From the NCBI GenBank assembly GCA_964543985.1, contig CAZJBW010000010.1, positions 9,684 through 73,683 on the forward strand: a stretch of DNA of 64,000 bases. Reading direction: 5' to 3'. Each line of letters begins with the position of its first letter. Within the stretch, counting starts at the first letter, position 1. The notes under the pieces are model-generated. The model was not told the DNA's origin. It did no database searches and saw only the letters and a list, made by a program, of their open reading frames with translations. Both the position numbers and the translations under genes were made by a program. Source of the stretch: an uncultured Pirellulaceae bacterium. GTDB taxonomy: Bacteria > Planctomycetota > Planctomycetia > Pirellulales > Pirellulaceae. Below are positions 24,047-33,384 of this stretch, piece by piece.

Positions 24047-26935
24047 ATGATCTTAATGCGACTTACAGTTTTTGCTTTGGCTCTTTTTTTGCCCGGGAGT
24101 CTCGTTGGCCCTGTTGCTGGCCCAACCAGTGGGCCGCAAACACAGCGACAAGTTGCGGCAAAAGAACAGAATCTTCAAGAACAGACGATCATCATCGCAG
24201 TTGATTGGTCGCAGTCGATGAGTCTGATGGATCCACCGCACCAGATCGAGGCGGCGATCAACCACTTCATCGACGTGTCCCGTTTGACTGGCGGGCGAAT
24301 AAAACTCGTCTTCATCTTCTTTCACGGACAGACTGTGGAAGTCATCGCCGGGCCCGATGGGTTGGCAGCCGTCGGCTCTGAAGCGATGCGCACTCAATGC
24401 CGGGAATACCTTTCGAAACCGTGCAGTGGTGCAACGCCATTGGACGGAGCACTAGAAGCGGTCAACAAAGCGCTTGAGCAGAGCGTTTCAAAAAACAAAA
24501 CGCTTGTAATTATCTCCGATGGCGAGCCCACAACTTCAATTCGCCCGGAAGTGTTTGGCCCAGTCAAGGAAGCTATCGAAAAAGAAGAAGCCAAGCGCGA
24601 GAAAAAAGGTGGTCGCCAGGCGGTTGCGGCATACCAAGCACGACTTCGGGATTGGCAATCAGAGGAATCCAAGTTCATTCAAGCAATTCAGCAACCATTG
24701 TTGTTCGAACGTTGCCTGAACTTGGCCGCGAAAACCAACCAACACAACGTTCGTGCTGTCAGCCTCGCCTTCACCCCCGACCTCGCCAAGCTTCGACAAA
24801 TTCACGATGCCGTTGGTGGCGCGCCAGAAGATTTTGTTTTCATTGACGAAAAGTCGTTGTTCGCCCGCATTCATGAACGGCAGGTGTTTGACAGCGTGTT
24901 GGCACTGCCGGTAATTGAATCGGCGGCAATCAAAAAACTGGAAGCCACGACCGCATTTAGTTTGGCCGGTGATTTGCGAGCATCCTGTCTGGTGGTTGTA
25001 GAACTTGATTCGATTCCTGATCTGGATCGCCATTCAACGATGTTGATGACGGTAGATGGTCAAGCCTACCGTCATACGACAGACAATGTTGACGATCGCA
25101 TCGTGGTTTCTCGCGATGCCAAAGGACGATTGGCCACACTTTCGACAGTCGCAGCGCCAGCCCAATCGGGATCATTCGATTTCAAAAGCCACAAAGACGA
25201 CATGACGTTTCCGGGATTGAAGGTTTATCGGTACGTGGAAGCGCCGAAGAACCTTCAATTCGTTGTGCATCCTGAGTCGCTGTCAGCCAACGAGCCTAGT
25301 GGCTTCGAGGTTAATCAGTTTTCAAACGAAAAATGGCTATGTGGACTTTCGTGGCTCAACGGAGCAACAATTCCTTTGAAGTCGGCGGACATTGTGTTCC
25401 GCCATCGCGAATCGAACCGAGACTTTATGGTTGACACCAGCCGCGCGCAGCATTTCAACCACCGGTTCAAAGTTCAGCCACCCGAGTTGCCACTTGGGTT
25501 GTTCGATGTGTTTCTGCGTTATGAACTCGAATCTGGGCTCACATTCGAAACACGGATCGAATCGCATTTTAAAGTGGTTGGCGTCAAAGAAATCATCAAG
25601 ATGGAACTTTTCGATGATTCCAATGCGATGGAATCAGTCGATTTTGGCTTGTTGGGCGACGTTGACACTAGCCGTACTGTCAAAGTGAAACTTCATTCTG
25701 CGACGCCACACGATCTGGACATCCTGATTACGACCGTCGGCTTGGAGGACTCACAGGGCAATGCAGTAGGACAGTCCTGGATCACAGTTTCAGATCCGAC
25801 GATCAATATCCCAGCCGGCGAATCAGCCGAGTTGAAATTTGAATGTTCAATTCCTGACGAGGTTCCTGATAATGTTGTCGATGGCTTATTTGAATCGCAC
25901 CTTGAAATCATAAACGCCAAAACTCTTCAGAAGATCAACATTGAACCGCTGATCGAAGGAACCAGCGATACAGAGTCTCTGAAACGCCTTTTGTTTACGC
26001 TCCGACGACCTTCTTTGATCGTCGAGGCCCATTACGCCCGTCGCCAGTGGATCGTCAAAGACGGTGATGATTTTTCACTGGAATTGAATGCAAACGTTTC
26101 AACGCCATTCTCCCGACAGGTAATTTTCACCGTTAAAACTACATCGGCGGCATCTCGCGACGTCGCCGTTCGCATTGCCAATCTTCGTCAGGAAGATGGC
26201 TCGGCTCAGTCGAAAATTGATGTTCTACCTGATAACGATTGGGTCGGCCCCAAACCGATCGAACCCGGTACGGCATATGAATACCGTGCCCGTTTTGTGG
26301 TTGAGAAACTTGGGCCCGATGACCCCCGTCGCTCGTACGGAAAAGTCATCATCTCTGGCAACGGGATGCGACCGGTCGTGATCAACATGGTTGCTGGTGA
26401 AGGCAAGTCATGGGCTCGAACCATTTGGTTCTGGTTTGTTTCAGTTGCCTGCATTTGCGGCTTAGTCGTCATCCGCATGTGGCGGCGAATCCGAACACTG
26501 AAGCAACTGACGCCGGGTAAGCCACGCCGATTCCGCGCCGGTGAGCCAGTCTTTGGCATGTTCGAATTCAAAGCGATCGACGGCCAAATCATGTTGGTGC
26601 CGAAAAAACCGATCGAGGTGAAGGACACCGATGGAGCTTTTTATCAGCAAAAAAATCCAATGCTTGTTGATTCAAGTACGCCTATTCCAATTCGGATTCG
26701 CGACAAGGACAAAGTCGAAATTGAAATCCAAAAAGTTGATGCCGCAGGAAAGCAGATTTTTGCCCGTGTAGCATCGGCAAGAATTAACAGCAAGAAGCTT
26801 CGACGTGCAAAACGACGCTTGTGGCTGTCCACAACCACAGCGACCACATCAATCCTTTTATTGGTCTTGATGCAACGTTGGCAGCCAGCCACACGAATCG
26901 TCCAGTATTTGATCGACGTATCCCCTTTTGCCTGA
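24047..26935 (+). CDS. membrane-anchored von Willebrand factor A (vWA) domain protein, 962 aa
   Basis: N-terminal signal/TM LTVFALALFLPGSLVG. MIDAS elements IIIAVDWSQSMS, GATPLDGAL and LVIISDGEPT. A long beta-rich middle region, then a TM near TIWFWFVSVACICGLVVI and another at the C-terminus SILLLVLM. Confidence 0.8.
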   Translation: MILMRLTVFALALFLPGSLVGPVAGPTSGPQTQRQVAAKEQNLQEQTIIIAVDWSQSMSLMDPPHQIEAAINHFIDVSRLTGGRIKLVFIFFHGQTVEVIAGPDGLAAVGSEAMRTQCREYLSKPCSGATPLDGALEAVNKALEQSVSKNKTLVIISDGEPTTSIRPEVFGPVKEAIEKEEAKREKKGGRQAVAAYQARLRDWQSEESKFIQAIQQPLLFERCLNLAAKTNQHNVRAVSLAFTPDLAKLRQIHDAVGGAPEDFVFIDEKSLFARIHERQVFDSVLALPVIESAAIKKLEATTAFSLAGDLRASCLVVVELDSIPDLDRHSTMLMTVDGQAYRHTTDNVDDRIVVSRDAKGRLATLSTVAAPAQSGSFDFKSHKDDMTFPGLKVYRYVEAPKNLQFVVHPESLSANEPSGFEVNQFSNEKWLCGLSWLNGATIPLKSADIVFRHRESNRDFMVDTSRAQHFNHRFKVQPPELPLGLFDVFLRYELESGLTFETRIESHFKVVGVKEIIKMELFDDSNAMESVDFGLLGDVDTSRTVKVKLHSATPHDLDILITTVGLEDSQGNAVGQSWITVSDPTINIPAGESAELKFECSIPDEVPDNVVDGLFESHLEIINAKTLQKINIEPLIEGTSDTESLKRLLFTLRRPSLIVEAHYARRQWIVKDGDDFSLELNANVSTPFSRQVIFTVKTTSAASRDVAVRIANLRQEDGSAQSKIDVLPDNDWVGPKPIEPGTAYEYRARFVVEKLGPDDPRRSYGKVIISGNGMRPVVINMVAGEGKSWARTIWFWFVSVACICGLVVIRMWRRIRTLKQLTPGKPRRFRAGEPVFGMFEFKAIDGQIMLVPKKPIEVKDTDGAFYQQKNPMLVDSSTPIPIRIRDKDKVEIEIQKVDAAGKQIFARVASARINSKKLRRAKRRLWLSTTTATTSILLLVLMQRWQPATRIVQYLIDVSPFA

Positions 26936-26946
26936 TTGAGAGAACA

Positions 26947-27882
26947 ATGAGTCATTCAAACGATATCAACCAGTTGTATCAGCTCTTGAAACAAGCGACG
27001 TGCGTTGAGTTCCCACCCGTGTTGACGTCCGCCACCACCATCTTTGGTATCGGAACAACCGGATCGAAGATCGTCATCAACCTGTTTCGGTTGCTTGAAG
27101 CCAGCGAAAGAGGTGTTCCTGACGGCGTGATTTTCATCGTCGCCGATGTTGATTCTGATGAAAGAGACGACAACCTGGCAGAAATAAGCCAAATCGTTTT
27201 CATTCCCTTGGGGAAATCTGGCGCCGGAACTAACACGCAGAACGGTTGCCGAATCATTGAGGAGCATTACGAACCAATCAAGTCAACGATCGAGAAGTCG
27301 ATGGTGACCTTGATGGAAAACGATGGATTGGAATCTCAATTCAGTCTTCCACCAGGAAAATCCCAATCGTTTTTTATTATCGGTGGCGATGGCGGCGGTA
27401 CTGCCGGTGGTGGTAAGGACAAGACTGCCACGGCCGCTCACGATGCGAAGCGTTCTGTCGGTTTGGAACAACTCGAAGTCAACGTTTGGCGCGTTGGCTC
27501 GCAGATTCCGATTCATGACGTGACTCGTTCCGTCAGCTCTGATGCCAAAGAACGAATTCCTGCAAATACGGCTGACAATCTCGAAGCGTGTTACATCCAA
27601 ATGAACACGAAACGGTATCTGACTGAACATCCACCCATTGGTGAGCCGTTCGAAGTCCAAATGAGTACTCGAACGTTTGCCAATGTCGAGTTCGATAACG
27701 TCAGCCGTGGCCACCGCCTAAATACCAACGAAGAACTACTGCACGTTATCGCTGGATGTCTTCAATCCCGAATCTTTACCGCCGCTGGCAAGGAAAACGA
27801 GTCGCGTCATATCGACGACATGATCTTGGGAACCACAGGTCAAACATTCCGCTCAACTGGATCTCCCGTATTGGAAAACTAA
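26947..27882 (+). CDS. divergent tubulin/FtsZ-superfamily GTPase domain protein (Tubulin_2-like)
   Basis: TTIFGIGTTGSKIVINLF (G-box 1), VIFIVADVDSD, GKSGAGTNTQNG and FFIIGGDGGGTAGGG (resembles the tubulin signature GGGTGSG). ATG at 26947, 11 nt after the vWA stop. Confidence 0.6.
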   Translation: MSHSNDINQLYQLLKQATCVEFPPVLTSATTIFGIGTTGSKIVINLFRLLEASERGVPDGVIFIVADVDSDERDDNLAEISQIVFIPLGKSGAGTNTQNGCRIIEEHYEPIKSTIEKSMVTLMENDGLESQFSLPPGKSQSFFIIGGDGGGTAGGGKDKTATAAHDAKRSVGLEQLEVNVWRVGSQIPIHDVTRSVSSDAKERIPANTADNLEACYIQMNTKRYLTEHPPIGEPFEVQMSTRTFANVEFDNVSRGHRLNTNEELLHVIAGCLQSRIFTAAGKENESRHIDDMILGTTGQTFRSTGSPVLEN

Positions 27883-29964
27883 ATGTCACGACGAAAAACA
27901 AACTACGATTATGTCCCAGCGCAGACCCGCTCATACGGTCGCCACGATTGCAAGTTTCCGATCGCAGCGTTGTTTGCGGAGGCCTGCGAGGTCGCGATGG
28001 CTCGGTCGATTGAATCACTACTGTCAGGAACAGATGTCCAAGGTGACCCAAAGGCCATGGTTCGCCGTTGCGAAGTGACAGTTTCGCAAGCCATCAAAGT
28101 TCGCCGTATTGAAACGTGTATGCCGTCCATACCGGAATTGGATTTTGGCCAGATAGAACTCCTAGCGGAAGCGGTTGCGGATCTTCAGCGGGACGATGGC
28201 CAATGGCGAGTAGATTACCGAGATCGGATGCAGTCGCTGGTTGACAAACACGTTGCCAACTTAAGTCTTCGATACGCTGAACTGGTTTCCGGACTGACGG
28301 TTACATACGGTTACCTGCCTGCAAACAAGTTGTTGATGCAGCTTCAACGTGACCTTGAGTCTGTTCGAAACGATCATACTAAACAGGTTTGGGATTCAGG
28401 TGACACAAGTCTGGCAGCTGATACCGCAGACACCTTGATGCGTTTTCACGAAATGGCGTCGGGGAAATCACGATGGCTCAAGAAATACTTGTCGCCATTT
28501 AAAGCCGATGACAAAGAAGAATTAGAACGCCTTTTCGAAGTGGCGGAATCGCTTCTAGAGAAACGATCGAATCAATTGCGAGCCGAGGCAGTTGTCGACG
28601 TAATCGACCAGCTCTTGGATCCATCTGTCGCCGGAATGATTCCGCAACTGGTTAGAAAGATCCAAGCTGAAGCCAAACGGCTAAAGGAAATAGCAGACGC
28701 GCTCCGTAAGCCGCAGCAGTTGCCCAAAAGCACCGCGACGACCACAGTTTTGGTCGATTCGATTCGTCGAAAAATTGATGGAGAAAGAACTCTTGAGCTG
28801 GCCTTCGCTGCGGCATTCGAAATTGCTGGCAAAGGGCGTGCAGAAGTTCTATCCGCGATTCGTCTTGGGATTCCGATCGGTGGCTGCCTCGTTGGGCCAC
28901 GCGAACTGGCGACGATGGAGCCGAATACAGCCAAGGCAGAGTTACTTAAGTTTGGACGTGACTTTTTTGCATCGGCCATCCCGGCAGCACTAAAAATCGA
29001 CATGACGAAGCCCGAGCTTCAGCTGGCCCTTGCAAAAAGGGCGGTCACCCTAATCCAGAAGTCTCAACCCTATTTGACTTTTGACAAGATTCCAGGTGCA
29101 GTCGAAAAATATGAGTTCTATCTGTTCTGTCACCCAGATCTTCGGACTTTGATTGACAAATATACTCGTGGGCGAATTCGGTTCGCCAATGCGCCTGATG
29201 ACAAACGATTTCACGTTGTGTCGAAACACATCGTTTCGTTGACATCCACGGTACTTGGAGCCGGTCATGCTCGCACCGATTATTACCGCGGTTTGTATCG
29301 GCGGGCACGAATGGGTGGCGACTTTAAGACCATCTATAACCATCCGGAGGAAACTGCTTACCCACTCGCGATCGCAGAACGTGCCTGCGATGAGCAAGAT
29401 AGTCGTGATCTGTTTACGTTGGCTACGTCAATTGGAGCGGTCGCCGAAATGGTTGATGGCGAAGAGAGCCGATTTATTTGTAGCCCACTTGATCATACGG
29501 TCGCTCCCCGTTTTAGCTCGATCGTTTGCGTTCGACGCCCAATCTCGGAAAAGTCTCTTCGGCGTTGGGTGAACCAAGGGTGGTTCAAGCAATGTGTTCG
29601 CGTTGGCTTGCCCGAGGTCGCTCATGATTGGGATCAAAACATGCGTATTCAGATGGATCAGCAAACTGATCATGAAATCGCAGAGCGACTTTGCGAATTG
29701 AAAATCTTGGAACGGACTGCCATCGGCTACCAATTTGGCTGCCCACATTCCGCAGGCATCCAAAAACACGAATCGTTGTTCGAACTTCGAAACAGTGAGC
29801 CGCAAGGCTTGATCGCCGCTGATTTTATTCGGTCAATGTTGGATCACGACGACCTTTACACACGGGTTCTCTTCGACGTCGTCATGGCGGAAGCAGCCGG
29901 TGTATTCGAGGAACGCCAGCTGCCAGAGTTCGCACAAACGATGGCACGCAAGTGGAGAAATTAA
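27883..29964 (+). CDS. hypothetical 693-aa protein, possibly the detached C-terminal part of a long tubulin-like protein
   Basis: ATG immediately follows the TAA of the GTPase gene (..CTAAATG..). Mostly helical with no catalytic motif seen. Confidence 0.55.
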   Translation: MSRRKTNYDYVPAQTRSYGRHDCKFPIAALFAEACEVAMARSIESLLSGTDVQGDPKAMVRRCEVTVSQAIKVRRIETCMPSIPELDFGQIELLAEAVADLQRDDGQWRVDYRDRMQSLVDKHVANLSLRYAELVSGLTVTYGYLPANKLLMQLQRDLESVRNDHTKQVWDSGDTSLAADTADTLMRFHEMASGKSRWLKKYLSPFKADDKEELERLFEVAESLLEKRSNQLRAEAVVDVIDQLLDPSVAGMIPQLVRKIQAEAKRLKEIADALRKPQQLPKSTATTTVLVDSIRRKIDGERTLELAFAAAFEIAGKGRAEVLSAIRLGIPIGGCLVGPRELATMEPNTAKAELLKFGRDFFASAIPAALKIDMTKPELQLALAKRAVTLIQKSQPYLTFDKIPGAVEKYEFYLFCHPDLRTLIDKYTRGRIRFANAPDDKRFHVVSKHIVSLTSTVLGAGHARTDYYRGLYRRARMGGDFKTIYNHPEETAYPLAIAERACDEQDSRDLFTLATSIGAVAEMVDGEESRFICSPLDHTVAPRFSSIVCVRRPISEKSLRRWVNQGWFKQCVRVGLPEVAHDWDQNMRIQMDQQTDHEIAERLCELKILERTAIGYQFGCPHSAGIQKHESLFELRNSEPQGLIAADFIRSMLDHDDLYTRVLFDVVMAEAAGVFEERQLPEFAQTMARKWRN

Positions 29965-29965
29965 C

Positions 29966-30799
29966 GTGATCGACCCGTCCATTATTGATTTCACGCCGAC
30001 ATTCTACTTGCTAATGATCGGGTACTTCCTCGTCCAGATTGGCAGAGTTTTTGCACAGCGTTATCCCAAGACAGCAAACTATCAATCTGGTTTGGCGGTG
30101 TTCGTGTTTGCTTACTTAACCCTGCCTCGACTTTTCTACAAACCACCATACTGGCTGGCTGATGGAATCGGAATTTCAGTTCGGGCTGCCGCCTTCGCCG
30201 CAATCGCCTATGGGCTGGGCGGGTTCGTAGCCATGTCTCATATGGGCATCAAATCACTATTGCAAAAAACGAAGCTGCGTTGGCAGACTTGGATGCAAAA
30301 CCGTGAACTTCGTGAGCAAAGTCAGATACAAGACGAAGAACGACGTTTGCGCGCGGCTCATCAGCCGAGTTACGACGAGATGCAGGAACTTGCGCGGCTT
30401 GAACAGGAAGAGCAGGAACGGCGCGATAAAGAAGCACATTCCCGCGAGACTGATCGGCAACGACGACTGGAACTAAGGCTTAAAGCAGAATTGGAGATGG
30501 AGTTTGCCGCTGACAAAAGCAGGCGAGAGAAACTCGATCAACTTATCAATACTTATGCGGACGAATCGTTGCCAGTTGATATCTACCAGCAACGGCTTGA
30601 GATGATCCAAAATGCGGTTTCTCGAAACTCCCCGGCCAAAGCCAAACAGTATCACACGATGCAAGAAATCATAGACGATTTTGATAAGCAAATCGCAGAC
30701 GTCAATAGTTCGACCAACTCGGAGTTTGAAAAGGAATCGCTTCGTGCACTGATTCTGATGGAACGTCAAAACGTGATACAGAGGTTTATCCAACCATGA
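29966..30799 (+). CDS. membrane protein (about 3 TM) with long charged coiled-coil tail
   Basis: Likely GTG start at 29966, 1 nt after the upstream stop, with GGAGA upstream. TMs FYLLMIGYFLVQIG, LAVFVFAYLTL and AAAFAAIAYGLGGFVAM. Then EERRLRA...LEQEEQERRDKEAHSRETDRQRRLELRLKAELEMEF. Confidence 0.55.
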   Translation: MIDPSIIDFTPTFYLLMIGYFLVQIGRVFAQRYPKTANYQSGLAVFVFAYLTLPRLFYKPPYWLADGIGISVRAAAFAAIAYGLGGFVAMSHMGIKSLLQKTKLRWQTWMQNRELREQSQIQDEERRLRAAHQPSYDEMQELARLEQEEQERRDKEAHSRETDRQRRLELRLKAELEMEFAADKSRREKLDQLINTYADESLPVDIYQQRLEMIQNAVSRNSPAKAKQYHTMQEIIDDFDKQIADVNSSTNSEFEKESLRALILMERQNVIQRFIQP

Positions 30800-32538
30800 G
30801 TCGCTATTTAATCGGACGATCCCCGGGCAACAGGCAAAACGTCTACTTGCCTATCAAAACGTTGCCAACACACACACATCTGATCGGAGCAACGGGTACT
30901 GGTAAAAGTACTTTGATCATGCGCATCCTAGCGCAGTTGATGATCGGGATGGTCAACCCGACGACGATTTTCGTGATTGATCCCTTGGGTGGGTTGGCGA
31001 ATGTGATCTTGAATTTCATGGCTCATCCGACGTTGTGCCCTGAATCGGTTCGCAAGCGCCTTGTTTACATTGAGCCGGCAAAAACAGAGTATTGCATGCC
31101 ATTCAACCCACTGATTTTCGATGATGAAAATGACTTGTATTATCGAACCGGTCGAACCAGTGATGTAATGTTACGTAGTGGAAAAAGTCACGACATGACT
31201 TTGATGCTTCGACTGCGTCGATGGCTTTACAACTGCTTCTATTCAGTAGGTGCTTTGGGTTACGCACCCGCAACGGCCCAATTTCTAATCCAGCCCGGAA
31301 CCGATCAGCACGACCAACTCTTGCGCCAGATTCCCGACCGTCTTCGCAATGAATGGGCCGAAATCTTGAAGGCTGGGCTGCGTGAGAGAATCCATGCCCT
31401 AGACAGCACCCGGAACCGTTTGAACCCCTATTTTACTTGCCCAGTTCTCAACAACATGTTTAGCAGTACTCAAAGTTATTTTGACGTACCGCGATTCATG
31501 CGTGAAAAAAAGATCGTCGTTGTGAACTTGGCTCCAAAAGGAAAAATTGACCCGCACGTCGCCAATGCAATCGGTGGAATGATGGTGAACGAAATTGTTC
31601 AGACTGCACGAAATTTACCGAAGGAAATTGTTGACCCCACGATGTTGGTACTTGATGAGTTCCAAAACTTTGTTTCAGAGGAAATGTATTCAACTTTGCC
31701 AGAGACAAGGCAGCTCGGTTTGCAACTCTTACTAAGCCATCAAAGTTTTTCACAGCTGCTGCAGGGTGAAATTGACATGCGAGGTATCGTTTGGCAGGCG
31801 AGGAATCGTTTCATGTTTGCTAACGACGCTGATGACGCTGATCTTCTTGCCCATGAGCTTGCTTCCTTATCTTATGATCCCAAGAGCTTGAAGGATCAGA
31901 TCGAGGTCTTTCGGCAAAAAAAGATTGGTCAAAAACTGATTCGGCTAAACAACTTCAGCTCCACAAGCACTAAATCGAACGCCTATGACGAAACAAGTTC
32001 ACATGGTTCCAGTCGCGGGCGAAGCTACAATTCAAACGATCCGTTCGGAGGCATAACACATACCGAGGGCAGCAATGTCAATCGCGGTAGCTCAAGGAAG
32101 CAGGCGGACAGCAGTGGTAGCAACCACGGCTGGTCGGAAACGTTGATTGATGAACTGGAAGACTTTTATGAGGTAAGTTCACGAACCTATCACACGTTCG
32201 ACGAGCAAATGCGAATATGGGCAAAACGAGTGCGACGTTTGTTGACTGGTGAGGCGTTGGGTAAATTCAAAGACGACAATCGAATTCACCATATCGACGT
32301 AGACCAGGTTGTGATCCCAATGATTCCGGCTCTGGTGGACTTGAAAGCGAAATTGTTGGAAGAGAATTTTGCCAATCGCGAATTGTTCATCCCAACGGTG
32401 GCCATCCAAGAACGTTGGGCTGACTTTACTGCAAGGTTAGGTGCGGGAACCAGTATTCCGCCCAACCAACGAGAAATTGTTGACGCCATTCGAATTGAAC
32501 ATGGTGGGGATTCAAACAACGATTCTATTTTCCGGTAG
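30796..32538 (+). CDS. VirD4/TraD/HerA-like P-loop ATPase (copy 2)
   Basis: Walker A LIGATGTGKSTLI and Walker B MLVLDEFQNF. FVIDPLGGLA and MPFNPL blocks. ATGA overlap with the upstream gene. Confidence 0.75.
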   Translation: MSRYLIGRSPGNRQNVYLPIKTLPTHTHLIGATGTGKSTLIMRILAQLMIGMVNPTTIFVIDPLGGLANVILNFMAHPTLCPESVRKRLVYIEPAKTEYCMPFNPLIFDDENDLYYRTGRTSDVMLRSGKSHDMTLMLRLRRWLYNCFYSVGALGYAPATAQFLIQPGTDQHDQLLRQIPDRLRNEWAEILKAGLRERIHALDSTRNRLNPYFTCPVLNNMFSSTQSYFDVPRFMREKKIVVVNLAPKGKIDPHVANAIGGMMVNEIVQTARNLPKEIVDPTMLVLDEFQNFVSEEMYSTLPETRQLGLQLLLSHQSFSQLLQGEIDMRGIVWQARNRFMFANDADDADLLAHELASLSYDPKSLKDQIEVFRQKKIGQKLIRLNNFSSTSTKSNAYDETSSHGSSRGRSYNSNDPFGGITHTEGSNVNRGSSRKQADSSGSNHGWSETLIDELEDFYEVSSRTYHTFDEQMRIWAKRVRRLLTGEALGKFKDDNRIHHIDVDQVVIPMIPALVDLKAKLLEENFANRELFIPTVAIQERWADFTARLGAGTSIPPNQREIVDAIRIEHGGDSNNDSIFR

Positions 32539-32898
32539 CGGTGCGGTGTTTTGTTTTGCCAAGAACTCAAGTCTCGGAAGACCGAACCCGTTTAATTCGG
32601 AGTAGTGGATTCTTGCCTCGACCTGAGCATCGCTGATGGTCGCAATTTCTCCAATCAGCACACGATACAACTGTTCACGGTACGCGTGGCGTTTCTCAAA
32701 ATGGACTCCAAATTCGTTGTGGTAGTAGTTGGACAAAGCCATCAAGTCGCGGATACGATTTGACGTGTTCGTTTGGGAAGCGGCGACCTGTTCGTAGTCA
32801 ACCAGTGCGGTGTCGAACGATTCAATGCGGTCAATTTCTCTTGCCGCTTCTCGAACGGCTTCTGCATGATGCCAATGCTGATTCGAGATCTGTTCCAT
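32512..32898 (-). CDS. hypothetical protein (128 aa)
   Basis: ORF convergent with the ATPase gene and overlapping its 3' end by 27 nt. No motif recognised. Confidence 0.4.
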   Translation of the reverse strand: MEQISNQHWHHAEAVREAAREIDRIESFDTALVDYEQVAASQTNTSNRIRDLMALSNYYHNEFGVHFEKRHAYREQLYRVLIGEIATISDAQVEARIHYSELNGFGLPRLEFLAKQNTAPLPENRIVV

Positions 32899-33119
32899 GA
32901 AGCGACAATACGCCGATTAGAATGCAGAATCAATTGGCGCAAACGGATCTGATGTTCTGGTGCGCCTCGACCGAAAGATTGGTTCCGTTGGTAGTACCGA
33001 CTATGGTTCCATCGTTCGACCGGGGCGGGTCATCGAACCGGCGATGGACGGTCATCCGTAACCCTACCACCCTCCGGCACTTACGGTTTGCCAAGGACTG
33101 TCGTCGCAAGCTCCTCCAC

Positions 33120-33185
33120 CCTTGGCTTCATTGCCATGTTCAGCGTTGGAAACCGCTTTTTGAATGCATGGCAATGAAGCCAAGG
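33120..33185. repeat. perfect 19-bp inverted repeat (hairpin) with 28-nt loop
   Basis: CCTTGGCTTCATTGCCATG (33120..33138) pairs with CATGGCAATGAAGCCAAGG (33167..33185). The loop contains a small AGCG..CGCT stem plus TTTTT. Located in a divergent intergenic region. Confidence 0.9.
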
Positions 33186-33384
33186 CTGCGCCTTCGCAAA
33201 CCACGCCGTTTTTGTTGACCAAAGTTGGATTAAATTTCGACCTTTGACAACGTGATCCAAACGGCTGCACGCCGCTACCGCGTCGTGGTAAGTGCCCTCC
33301 AAAGCCGTGTACTTAATCAGGTTTAAACTTGAATACCTAGCGAATATTTTTCGCTTGACAATCCAATCGAACTATCGAATAACA

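Noticed and set aside
33355-33384. TTGACA-17 nt-AATAAC promoter-like hexamers immediately upstream of ATG 33385
   Set aside because: The -10 element would sit 1 nt from the ATG, implying transcription starts inside the ORF. Planctomycete promoter consensus is uncertain, so this is too speculative to call.
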